From Squalus acanthias (lineage: Eukaryota), in assembly GCA_030390025.1 (NCBI GenBank), contig CM059441.1, positions 53,196,001 to 53,260,000 of the forward strand: a stretch of 64,000 nucleotides of DNA, written 5' to 3'. Within the stretch, counting starts at the first letter, position 1, and every line of letters starts with the position of its first letter. The translations under genes and the position numbers were made by a program. Positions 1-10,622 of this stretch are shown here, in pieces. The notes below the pieces were generated by a model, which was not told where the DNA came from, made no database searches, and saw nothing but the letters and a program-made list of their open reading frames with translations.

Positions 1-1050
1 TGTACCAGGATCAAGGTGTTAATCCTCCTGTTCCTATGTAGTCGGCTGGATTGGCTGAATGTGGCACCTCCTGTTCCCATGAAACAACCTTGAGTATCTG
101 AATGGCTTCCTCCTGATCCTATGTAGCGGGCTCAAGTGGACAGAATGGGAATCCTCATGTTCGTATGTTACATCCTCGAGGGAGCTGAATGGACCTCCTT
201 CTGTTCTTCTGCATCAGGCTCGAATGGTTGAATCGCCTCCTCTTTTTCCCATGTAACAGCCTCGAGGGGCAGAATGGCCTGTTCCTGTTCATATGTATCA
301 GGTTAAGGGGATAAATGGCCTCCTCCTGTTTCAATGCAACAGGCTCTAGGGGCTGAATGAGCCTTCTCCTGTTCCAATGTAAAAGTCTCAAGTGGGCTGA
401 ATGGTCTCCTCCTGTTTCTATGTAACCGACTCAAGGGGCTGACTGGCCCTACTCCTGCTCCTATGCAACCAGCTCGAGTGACTGAACAACTGCCTCCTGT
501 TACTAAGTTACAGACTCGAGTAGCTGAATGGTCCTGCTCCAGTTCCTATGTAACAGTATCGAGGGGCTGAATGGCCTCCTCCTTTTCCTATGTAACAGGC
601 TCAATGGGATAATTGGCCTTAACCTATTCCTATGCCAAAGGCCTCAGGGGCTTAATGGACTACTCCTGTTCCTGTGTAACAGGCTCGAGAGGCTGAATTG
701 CCTCCTATTATTCCTATGTAACAGGCTCGAGATGCTTATTGGGCCTACTCCTGTTCCTATACAACAGGCTCGAGATGCTTATTGGGCCTACTCCTGTTCC
801 TATACTACTGGCTCGAGAGGCTAAATGTCCTCCTCCTTTTGCTATGTAACATGCTCGAGGGGCTGAATAGCCTCCTCCTGCTCCAAAGTAGCAGGCTCAA
901 GGGGCTAATCAGCATCCTTCAGTTCCTATGTAACAGGCTTCAGGGGCTGAATGGGCCTCCTCCTGTTCGTATGCAACAGGCTCCAGCGGCTGAATGGGCC
1001 TCCTCCTGTTCCTATGCTACTTGCTCGAGGGGCTGAATGGCCTCCTCCTG

Positions 1051-3418
1051 TTTTTTTTTAAATTCGTTTATGGGATCGGGGTATCGCTGGCAATGCCAGC
1101 ATTTATTGCCCATCCCTAGTTGCCCTTGAGAATGTGGTGGTGAGCCGCCTTCATGAACCGCTGCAGTCCGTGTGGTGATGGTACTCCCACAGTGCTGTTA
1201 GGTAGGGAGTTCCAGGATTTTGACCCAGCGACGATGAAGGATCGGCGATATATTTCTAAGTCAGGATGGTGTGTGACTTGGAGGGCAACTTGGAGGTGGT
1301 GGTGTTCTCATGCGCCTGCTGCCCTTGTCCTTTTAGGTGGAAGAGATCGCGGGTTTGGGAGGTGCTGCCGAAGAAGCCTTGGCGAGTTGCTGCAGTGCAT
1401 CTTGTCGATGGTACACACTGCAGCCACGGTACGCCGGTGGTGGAGGCAGTGAATGTTTAAGATGTTGGATGGGGTGCCAATCAAGCGGGCACTTTGTCCT
1501 GGATGGTGTCGAGCTTCTTGAGTGTTGTTGGAGCTGCACTCATCCAGGCAAGTGGAGAATATTCCATCACACTCCTTACTTGTGACTTGTAGTTGGTCGA
1601 AAGGCTTTGGGGAGACAGGAGGTGAGACACTCGCCGCAGAATACCTAGCCTCTGACCTGCTCTTGTTGCCACAGTATTTATGTGGCTGGTCCAGTTAAGC
1701 TTCTGGTTAATGGTGACCCCCAGGATGTTGACAGTGCGGGATTCGGCGATGGTAATGCCATTGAATGTCAAGGGCAGGTGGTTAGACGCTCGCTTGTTGG
1801 AGATCGTCATTGCCTGGCACTTCTGTGGCGCGAATGTTACCTGCCACTTATCAACCCAAGCCTGATAGTCGTCCAGGTCTTGTTCCATGCAGGCATGGAC
1901 TGCTTCATTATCTGTGGAGTTGCGAATGGCGCTGAACACCGTGCAGTCATCAGCGAACATCCCCATTTCTGACCTTATGCTGGAGGGAAGGTCATTGATG
2001 AAGCAGCTGAAGATGGTTGGGCCTAGGACACTGCCCTGAGGAACTCCTGCATCGATGTCCTGAGGCTGTGATGATTGACCTTCAACCACCACAACCATCT
2101 TCCTTTGTGCTAGATATGAATCCAGCCAGTGGAGCGTTTTCCCCCTGATTCCCATTGACTTCAGCTTTAATAGGGCTCCTTGATGCCAGATTCGGTCAAA
2201 TGCTGCCTTGATGTCAAGGGCAGTCACTCTCACCTCACCTCTGGAATCCAGCTCCTTTGTCCATGCTTGGACCAAGGCTGTAATGAGGTCGGGAGCCGAG
2301 TGGTTTTGGCGGAACCCAAACTGGGCATCAGTGAGCAGGTTATTGGTGAGTAAGTGCTGCTTGATAGCACTGTTGAAGACCCCTTCCATCACTTTGCTGA
2401 TGATTGAGAGTAGACTGATGGGGTGGTAATTGACTGGGTTGGATTTGTCCTGCTTTTTGTGGCCAGGACAAACCTGGGCAGTTTTCCACATTGTCGGATA
2501 GATGCCAGTGTTGTAGCTGTACTGGATCAGCTTGGCTAGAGGCGCGGCTAGTTCTGGAGCACAAGTCTTCAGCACGATAGCCGGGATGTTGTCGGGGCCC
2601 ATAGCCTTTGCTGTATCCAGTGTGCTCAGCCGTTTCTTGATATCACGTGGAGTGAATCGAATTGGCTGAATAATGGCTTCTGTGATGTTGGGGACCTCGG
2701 GAGTAGGCCGATATGAATCATCCACTCGGCACTTCTGGCTGAAGTTGGTTGCAAACGCTTCAGCCTTGTCTTTTGCACTCACGTGCTGAGCTCCACCATC
2801 ATTGAGGATGGGGATAGTCTTGGAGCCTCCTCCTCCCGTTAGTTGTTAAATAGTCCACCACCATTCACGACTGGATGTGGCAGGACTGCAGAGCTTTGAT
2901 CTGATCCGTTGATTGTGGGATCGCTTAGCCCTGTCTGTAGCATGCTGCTTCCGCTTTTTAGCATGCATGTAGTCCTGTGTTGCAGCTTCCCCAGGTTGGC
3001 ACCTCATTTTTGGGAAAACCTGGTGCTGCTCCTGGCATGCTCTTCTATACTCGTTATTGAACCAGGGTTGGCCCCCTGGCTTGGTTGTAATGGTAGAGTG
3101 AGGGATATGCCGGGCCATGAGGTTACAGATTGTGGTGGAATACAATTCTGCTGCTGCTGATGGCCCACAGCGCCTCATGGATGCCCAGTTTTGAGCTGCT
3201 AGATCTGTTCTGAATCTATCCCATTTAGCACGGTGGTAGTGCCACACAACACGATGGATGGTGTTCTCAGTGTGAAGACGAGACTTCGTCTCCGCAATGA
3301 CTGTGCGGTGGTCACTGCTGTCAAAGCTATCATGGACAGATGCATCTGCAACAGGTAGATTGGTGAGGACGAGGTCAAGCAGGTTTTCCCTCTTGTTGGT
3401 TCATTCACCACCTGTCGC
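1051..3418 (-). mobile_element. 5'-truncated non-LTR retrotransposon of the CR1/L2 group ('family B'), RT region plus 3' UTR and poly(A)
   Basis: ORF 1481-2782(-) has RT motifs QFGFR, ALDIKAAFDRIWH, GVPQGSVLGP and FADD; upstream fragment PWFN at 2846-3247; poly-T at 1051-1059 on + strand is the poly(A) tail; AATAAA in the 3' UTR. Confidence 0.95.
1481..2782 (-). pseudogene. Reverse transcriptase domain of family B LINE ORF2 (433-aa open segment of a disrupted ORF)
   Basis: RT motifs are intact within the segment; stop codons and frameshifts on both sides; endonuclease domain missing. Confidence 0.9.
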
Positions 3419-4903
3419 CTTTTCCAATTCCTAAGCAACAGGCTCCAGCAGCTGAATGGCCTCCTCCTATGCCTTCGTAACAGTTTTGAGGGGCTGAATG
3501 ACCTTCTACTGTTCATATCTACCAGTTTCGAGGGGCTGAATGGGCACCTCGTGTTCCGATGGCACAGGCTCTAGGGGCTAAATAGCCTCCACTTGGTCCT
3601 ATGTAACAGGCTCGAGGGGCTGAATGGGCTCCTCCTGTTTCTATATAACCGGCTCAAGGGGCTGACTGGCGCTACTCCTGCTCCTATGCAAGCAGCTCGA
3701 GTGAATGAACAACTGCCTCCTGTTCCTAAGTTACAGACTCGAGGAGCTGTATGGTCCTCCTCCTGTTCCTATGTAACAGTCTCGAGGGTCTGAATGGCAT
3801 CCTTCTTTTCCTATGTAACAGGCTCAATGGGATAATTGGCCTACTCCTATTCCTATGCAACAGGCTCTCGGGGCTTAATGGCCTCCTCCTGTTCCTGTGT
3901 AATAGGCTTGAGGGGCTGAATCGCCTCCTCTTCGTCCTTTGTAACAGGCTCGAGGGCTGAATGGGCCTCCTCCTGTTCCTATGAAACAGGCTCAAGATGC
4001 TTATTGGGCCTACTCCTGTTCCTATACAACTGGCTCGAGAGGCTTAATGGCCTCCTTCTGTTCCTATGCAACATGCTCGAGGGGCTGAAAAGCCTCCTCC
4101 TGTTCCTAAGTAGCAGGCTCAAGGGGCTAATTGGCATCCTTCAGTTCCTGTGTAAATGGATTGAGGGGCTGAATGGGCCACCTCCTATTCCGATGCAATA
4201 GGCTTGAGGGGCTGAATGTCCTCCTCCTGATCTTTTCTAACAGGCTCGAGGGGTTGAATCAACTTCCACCTGTACCTATGCAACAGGCCTGAGGGGCTGA
4301 ATGGCCTCCTCCTATTCCTGTGTAATAGATTCGAGGGGCTAAATGGCCTCCTCCTGTTCATTTGCAACAGGCTCGAGGAACTGAATGGTCTCTTCATGTT
4401 CATATGTAATAGGCTTGAGGGGATAAATGGGCCACCTCCTGGTCATATGTAATAGGCTCGAGGGGCTGAATTACCTACTCCTGTTCCTATGCAATGGCCT
4501 CGAGGGGTTGATTGGCCTCCTCCTGTTCCTATCAACAGGCTTGAAGTTCAGAATTGTCTCCTCCTGTTGCTATTTATCAGGCTCGAGTCGCTGATGGCCG
4601 CCTCCTGTTCCTATGTAACAGGCTTGATGCGCTTAACAGCCTCCTCCTGTTCCTTCGTAACAGTCTCGATGAGCTGAATGGGCCTCCTCCTGTTCCAATA
4701 CAAAAGGCTCAAGTTACTGAATGGACGCCTCCTGTCGTTTTGTAACAGGTTTGAGGGGCTGAATGGCCCTCCTTCTGTTCCTATGTAACAGGCTCAAAGG
4801 GCTGAATGACATCCTGTTCCTATGCAGCAGCTTCGAGGGGCTGAATGGGCCTCCTCCTGCTCCAATGCAACAGGATCAAGGGGCTGAATGGACTCTTCTA
4901 GTT

Positions 4904-5907
4904 AAGAACATAAGAACATAAGAAATAGGAGCAGGAGTAGACCAATCTGCCCCTCGAGCCTGCTCCGCCATTCAATGAGATCATGGCTGATCTGATCCAA
5001 CCTCAACTCTAAAGAACACAAGAAGCAGGAGCAGGACCAGGCCACTCAGCCCTTGGGCCCGCTCCGCCACCCACAGGGCCTTGACCGATCCGAACTCAAA
5101 CTCATGTCCAATTTCCAGCCCGCTCCCCGTAACCCCTGATTCCCTTTACTTCTAGGAAACGGTCTATTTCTGTTTTAAATTTATTTAATGAAGTAGCTTC
5201 CACAGCTTCCTGGGGTAGCAAATTCCACAGACCCACTACCCTCTGAGTGAAAAAGTTTCTCCTCATCTCAGTTTTGAAAGAGGAGCCCCTTATTCTAAGA
5301 TTATGTCCCCTAGTTCTAGTTTCACCCATCATTGGGAACATCCTCACCGCGTCCACCCGATCAAGCCCCTTCACAATCTTATATGTTTCAATAAGATCGC
5401 CTCTCATTCTTCTGAACTCCAATGAGTAGAGTCCCAATCTACTCAACCTCTCCTCGTATGTCCACCCCCTCATCCCCGGAATTAACCGAGTGAACCTTCT
5501 TTGTACTGCCTCGAGAGCAAGTATGTCTTTTCTTAAGTATGGACACCAAAACTGTATGCAGTACTCCAGGTGCGGTCTCACCAATACCCTATACAACTGC
5601 AGCAATACCTCCCTGTTTTTATATTCTATCCCCCTAGCAATAAAAGCCAACATTCCATTGGCTTTCTTGATCACCTGCTGCACCTGCATACTAACTTTTT
5701 GATTTCCTTGCACCAAGACCCCCAGATCCCTTTGAACTGCAGTACTTTCCAGTTTCTCGCCATTAAGATAATAACTTGCTCTCTGATTTTTCCTGCCAAA
5801 GTGCATAACCTCACATTTTCCAATATTGTATTGCATCTGCCAAATCTCTGCCCACTCACCCAGCCTGTCTATATCCCCTTGTAGGTTTTTTATGTCCTCC
5901 TCACTCT
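4904..5907 (-). mobile_element. 5'-truncated CR1 LINE with a doubled 3' tail, inserted in the satellite
   Basis: ORF 5102-5836(-) is the CR1 ORF2 C-terminus (VRPHLEYCIQFW, LGLYSLEFRRMRGDLIETYKI, TRGH, FFTQRVVGLWN); tail aagaacataagaacataagaaataggagcagg; empty site cttctagttcctatgtaacagtctgcagg near 38780. Confidence 0.96.
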
Positions 5908-6361
5908 CTATGTAACAGTCTGCAGGGGCTGAATGGTCTCCTCCTGTTCCTTTGTAACAGTCTCAAGGGGATAAATGGCCTCCTCCTTTTCCTATGTAAT
6001 CGGCTTGAGGGGCTTAATGGTCCTACTCCTGATCCTTTGCCACCAGCTGGAGGGACTGAACAACCACCTCCTGTTCCTGTGTGACAGTCTCGACGAGATG
6101 AATGGTCCTCCTCCTGTTCCTATTCAACAGGCTTGAGGGGTGAATGGCATCCTCCTGTTCCTGTGTTACAGTCTCGAGGGGCTGAATGGCCTCCTCATGT
6201 TTCTATGTAACAGGCTCGAGGGGCTGAATGGTCTCTTCATGCATTTTGACCCTCTTTACTGTTGGCCTTTGTTTCTGCTCCCTACTAGTTTTGCTGACTA
6301 CTTTTCTAACTTGCACTTCCAGCTTTGTTTCTCTCTGTTCTGGGCCCACACTTAGGTTCCC

Positions 6362-8471
6362 CTTACGCCCCCACCTCAATGAATTTCGAGCTCGGCATGA
6401 TGCTGAGCTCTTTTTCCGCCGCCTTCGCCTCCGTGCCCACTTCTCTGTCCAGGAGTCTTGCCCCCGCACGGCTGACCCTTTCTCCCGCTTTCAGAATTCC
6501 CGTTCCACCTGGACCCCTCCCTCTGGCCTCTTACCCTCTCTAGATCTTTTCATTGCTAACTGCCGGCGTGACATCGGCCGTCTCAATTTCTCTGCTCCCC
6601 TCTCTCACTGCAACCTACCTCCCTCTGAACTTGCAGCACTCTATTCCCTCAGATCCAACCCCAACATTGTCATTAAACCTGCTGACAAGGGTCTTGCTGT
6701 TGTTGTTTGGCGTACCGACCTCTACCTAGCAGAAGCTGAACGGCAACTCTCCGGCACCTCCTCCTATCTCCTCCTGCACCATGACCCCACTACCGAACAT
6801 CAAACCACCATTTCCAAGACCGTCACTGACCTCATCTCCTCTGGAGATCTTCCCCCCACGGCCGCCAACCTCATAGTTCCCCAACCCCGCACAGCCCGCT
6901 TCTACCTCCTTCCCAAGATCCACAAACAGGACTGCCCCGGTAGACCCATTGTTTCAGCCTGTTCTTGCCCCACGGACCTTATCTCTTGCTATCTCGACTC
7001 TATTTTTTCTCCCCTTGTCCAGTCCCTTCCCACCTACATCCGCGACTCTTCCAACGCCCTCCGCCACTTTAACAGTTTCCAGTTTCCCGGCCCCAACCGC
7101 CTCCTTTTCAATATGGACGTACAATCCCTCTACACCTCCATTCCCCACCAGGATGGCCTGAGGGCGCTCCGCTTCTTCCTTGAACAGAGGCCCAACCAGT
7201 CCCCATCCACCACCACCCTCCTCCGCCTGGCTGAACTTGTTCTCACATTGAACAGCTTCTCCTTTGACTCCACCCATTTCCTCCAAATTAAAGGTGTTGC
7301 TATGGGTACCCGCATTGGTCCTAGCTATGCCTGCCTTTTCATGGGATATGTGGAACACTCTTTGTTCCAGTCCTACTCGGGTCCCCTCCCTCACCTCTTT
7401 TTCCGGTACATTGATGACTGTATCGGTGCCGTCTCCTGCTCTCGCCCTGAACTAGAACATTTCATTCACTATGCTTCCAATTTCCACCCTACCTTCACAT
7501 GGTCCATCTCCGACTCTTCCCTTCCCTTCCTCGACTTCTCCGTCTCCATCTCTGGGGATAGGTTATTGACTAACATTCACTACAAGCCCTCTGACTCCCA
7601 CAGCTACCTGGACTACACTTCCTCCCACCCCGCCTCCTGTAAGGACTCTATTCCATTCTCCCAGTTTCTCCGTCTCCGCTGCATCTGCTCTGACGATGCC
7701 ACCTTCCATACCAGTGCTTCCGACATGTCTTCCTTTTTCCTCAACCGAGGATTCCCCTCTACTGTGGTAGACACGGCCCTCGACCGTGTCCGTTCTATCT
7801 CCCGCACTTCTCCCCTCACCCCTGCCCCTCCCTCCTGGAACTACGATAGAGTTCCCCTTGTCCTCACCTTTCACTCCACCAGCCTCCACATTCAACGGAT
7901 CATCCTCTGCCATTTCCGCCACCTCCAGCGTGATCCCACCACCAAACGCATCTTCCCCTCACCTCCCCTTTCAGCATTCCGCAGGGACCGCTCTCTCCGT
8001 GACACCCTAGTCCACTCCTCTATCACCCCCAGCACCCCTTCCCCTTCGCCCGGCACCTTCCCGTGCAAGCGTAGGAGATGCAACACATGCCCTTATACAT
8101 CCCCCCTTCCCACTGTCCAGGGCCCCAAACACCCCTTCCAGGTGAAACAGCGATTTACTTGTACTTCCTGCAATTTAGTATACTGTATTCGCTGCTCACG
8201 ATGTGGTCTCATCTACATTGGGGAGACCAAACGCAGATTGGGTGACCGCTTTGCGGAACACCTCCGTTCAGTCCGTAAGGGGGACCCCGAGCTCCCGGTG
8301 GCCTGTCACTTTAATTCTCCGCTCCACTCCCACTCTGACCTCACCGTCCTCGGCCTATTACACTGTTCCACGGAAGCGCAGCATAAGCTTGAGGAACAGA
8401 ACCTCATCTTTCGTTTAGGCACTTTACAGCCTTCTGGACTCAATATCGAGTTCAACAATTTTAGATCATAA
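6362..8471 (+). CDS. Penelope-like RT-GIY-YIG endonuclease polyprotein; uninterrupted but lacking its native N-terminus
   Basis: Part of ORF 6228-8471 (747 aa); the first ~44 codons come from flanking satellite and antisense CR1 sequence. Confidence 0.85.
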
Positions 8472-8754
8472 CCTCAGCCCCTATCACAATTATATTTTAT
8501 TTTTTCATCCACCCTTTTGTTTGGCCCCCCTTCCCCCCGCCCCCCACTTTTTTTCCCCTCCCAGAAGCTGGCAGCTGTCCTTCATTCTGCCAGTGCATTT
8601 CACATTTCTTTTAGCCTCCACCTGTTACATCAACACCTCCTCTTGCCTTGATCATCTCTTAATGTCTCTCAATGTCTCTTAATCTCTCCTTTTGTTCTTT
8701 CATCCCCTCCCCCTTTTCCCAGCTTTATCCTTGCTTTAAATCTATTTCATTTCC

Positions 8755-8791
8755 AGTTCTGACGAAGGGTCTTCGACCTGAAACGTTAACT
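8755..8791 (+). ncRNA. Minimal type I hammerhead ribozyme motif (Penelope-associated)
   Basis: agtt-CTGACGA-a-gggtc(ttc)gacct-GAAAC-GT-T-aact: stem I agtt/aact, stem II gggtc/gacct, palindromic loopless stem III ACGT. Confidence 0.85.
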
Positions 8792-8861
8792 CTGTTTCTC
8801 TCTCCACGGATGCTGCCTGGCCTGCTGAGTTTTTCCAGCGTTTTCTGTTGTTATTTAGGTT

Positions 8862-9069
8862 ATGATGCGGAGATGCCGGTGTTGGACTGGGGTGGACAAA
8901 ATTGAGAGGTCGCACAACACCAGGTTATAGTCCAACAGTTTTATTTGAAATCACAAGCTTTCGGAGCTATCGATCGCCCCTACCTGAGGAAGGGGCGATC
9001 GATAGCTCCGAAAGCTTGTGATTTCAAATAAAACTGTTGGACTATAACCTGGTGTTGTGCGACCTCTCA
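8862..9069. mobile_element. 208-bp fold-back element, probably Penelope-derived and non-autonomous, with 12-bp TSD
   Basis: Perfect inverted arms 8903-8981 and 8991-9069 (79 bp) with a 9-nt loop; direct repeat gttatttaggtt at 8850-8861 and 9070-9081. Confidence 0.85.
8981..9020 (+). ncRNA. Minimal hammerhead ribozyme core at the apex of the fold-back element
   Basis: tac-CTGAGGA-a-ggggc(gatcgata)gctcc-GAAAG-CT-T-gtg: CUGANGA and GAAA core, stem II ggggc/gctcc, palindromic stem III AGCT, very short stem I. Confidence 0.7.
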
Positions 9070-9690
9070 GTTATTTAGGTTCCCAGCCCCCTGACAAACT
9101 CAGTTATATCCTTCCCAACAGCACTAGCAAACCCCCCTGCGAGGATATTGATCCCGGTTCTGCCGAGGTGTAACCCGTCCAGCTTGTACAGGTCCCACTT
9201 TCCCCAGGATTGGTCCCAATGCCTCAGGAACTTAAATCCCTCCCTCCTACACCATCTTTCCAGCCACGCATTCATCTGGTCTATTCTCCTATTTCTGCTC
9301 TCGCTAGCACGTGGCACTGGGAGTAATCCTCAGATTACTACTTTTGAGGTCCTGCTTTTTAATTTATTTCCAAGCTCCCTATATTCTGCTTGCAGGACCT
9401 CGTCCCTCTTTCTACCTATGTCGTTGGTATCGATATTCACCACGACCTCTGGCTGTTCACCCTCCCCCTTCAGAATGTCCTGCAGACACTCTTTTTCCAA
9501 CCCTCCTGTGCAGCTGAGCCAGTCGTATTGCCACGGACTTGGGTCTTGCTGAATTCCCCTGAGAAACCATCTCCCCCAGCAGTATCCAAAATGGAAAATC
9601 TGTTGAAGAGGGAGATAGGCCCAGGGGACTCCTGCACTACCTTCCTAGTTCTTTTACTCTGTCTGGCGGTCACCCATTCCCTTTCTGCGA

Positions 9691-9752
9691 CTGAGAGTGA
9701 ATGTGTGTGTGAGTGTTTGTGTGTGTGAGAGTGAGAGTGAGTGTATGTGTGC
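9691..9752. repeat. Imperfect (GT/GA)n microsatellite
   Basis: tgagagtgaatgtgtgtgtgagtgtttgtgtgtgtgagagtgagagtgagtgtatgtgtg. Confidence 0.85.
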
Positions 9753-10124
9753 GATGGGGGTCTCAGGATAATTCGCTGAGCAATTGACCCAATGTTAGTA
9801 AAACTGTGATCTGTTTAGTTCTCAGCTCTGAGCTGCAAACACAGGATCACAGGATAGTTACGGATCAGACATTCAGCCATCGAGAGAGATCCTACACTCC
9901 CGCCATTGCAGCCACCAGTCTTTTAGTAAATGATGCCAGGATTGTTTCCCCTACTCTATCCTTGAGTTCATTCCAAGTGTCGATCACCCATTGTGTAAAG
10001 AGTTTGCTGGCTTCAGTCCGAAATTTATCTTCTACCAGTTTGAACCTGTGTCCCCTTGTCTTTCTCTAACAATTCAATTTAAATGAACATTCCAGATTTC
10101 CTTTTCCATTCCCTGGTCAATCAT

Positions 10125-10193
10125 GGGAACAGGAGGAGGCCATTCAACCCTCGAGCCTGTTCTGACATTCAATTCGATCATGGGGGATCTGTA
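10125..10193 (-). mobile_element. Solo CR1 3' tail of the subfamily that matches the satellite monomer
   Basis: Reverse complement reads tacagatcccccatgatcgaattgaatgtcagaacaggctcgagggttgaatggcctcctcctgttccc. Confidence 0.8.
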
Positions 10194-10473
10194 ATCCAAG
10201 GAAGATTGAGAGAAGCACTTCATCAAACATTTCAATCTTTCTCCGCTTGCTACCAGGTACAATTGACTTTCTGAGCTGAATTCAGGAAATTGGATTCATT
10301 CTAGCCCTTGGATTGAGAGAGCTGCCACTTAATGAAAGGGAACAGATTTGTCCTTCAATCATAGAGTGAGCAGATATAGAATCATAGAATCATACAGCAC
10401 AGAAGGAGGGCATTCGGCCCATCGTGTCTTTTGAAAGTTAATATTGAATCTGCTACCACTTTTTTTATTTCAG

Positions 10474-10622
10474 TCTTGGGTGGAGATCTGGAGCAGATGA
10501 ATTGCTCCTTGAGGTTCAACAATCTCAGACCGGATGACAGTGCCGTGTATTACTGCTATGTGGATTGCCAGGGCTTCAAGGATCATACTTTCACAGACCC
10601 GTCCAGCTACAGGTTGTCCGTA
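10474..10622 (+). pseudogene. C-terminal half of an Ig V-set domain (exon or exon relic; Siglec-like or other immune-receptor-like)
   Basis: LGGDLEQMNCSLRFNNLRPDDSAVYYCYVD fits the V-set pattern SLxIxxLxxxDSAxYYC; ends RLSVS; preceded by ttttttatttcag and followed by GTAAGT at 10620. Confidence 0.7.

Larger units (their letters stand above)
1..6241 (+). repeat. 42-bp tandem satellite block derived from the CR1 3' tail, interrupted by two LINE insertions; runs off the left edge
   Basis: Recurrent monomer aacaggctcgaggggctgaatggcctcctcctgttcctatgt; 14-aa periodicity LEGLNGLLLFLCNR in the ORF track. Confidence 0.97.
6362..8854 (+). mobile_element. Penelope-like retroelement (Neptune-type), 5'-truncated
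   Basis: Open frame to the stop at 8471 with PADKG, DVQSLYTSIP, GVAMG, RYIDD, the Cys cluster CKRRRCNTC and GIY-YIG-type LVYCIRC..YIGET..RFAEH; 3' UTR carries a hammerhead motif; 10-bp TSD ttaggttccc. Confidence 0.95.
6242..9690 (-). mobile_element. CR1 ORF1 (SGNH esterase) and inter-ORF fragment, split by the Penelope insertion (pieces 6242-6361 and 9075-9690)
   Basis: ORF 9075-9317(-) reads NAWLERWCRREGFKFLRHWD...YKLDGLHL, the CR1 ORF1 esterase; ttaggttccc is duplicated at 6352-6361 and 9075-9084. Confidence 0.8.

Noticed and set aside
1481-2782. Active autonomous LINE or domesticated RT gene (two near-identical copies)
   Set aside because: Both copies are 5'-truncated, lack the endonuclease and share the same lesions; their identity reflects segmental duplication.
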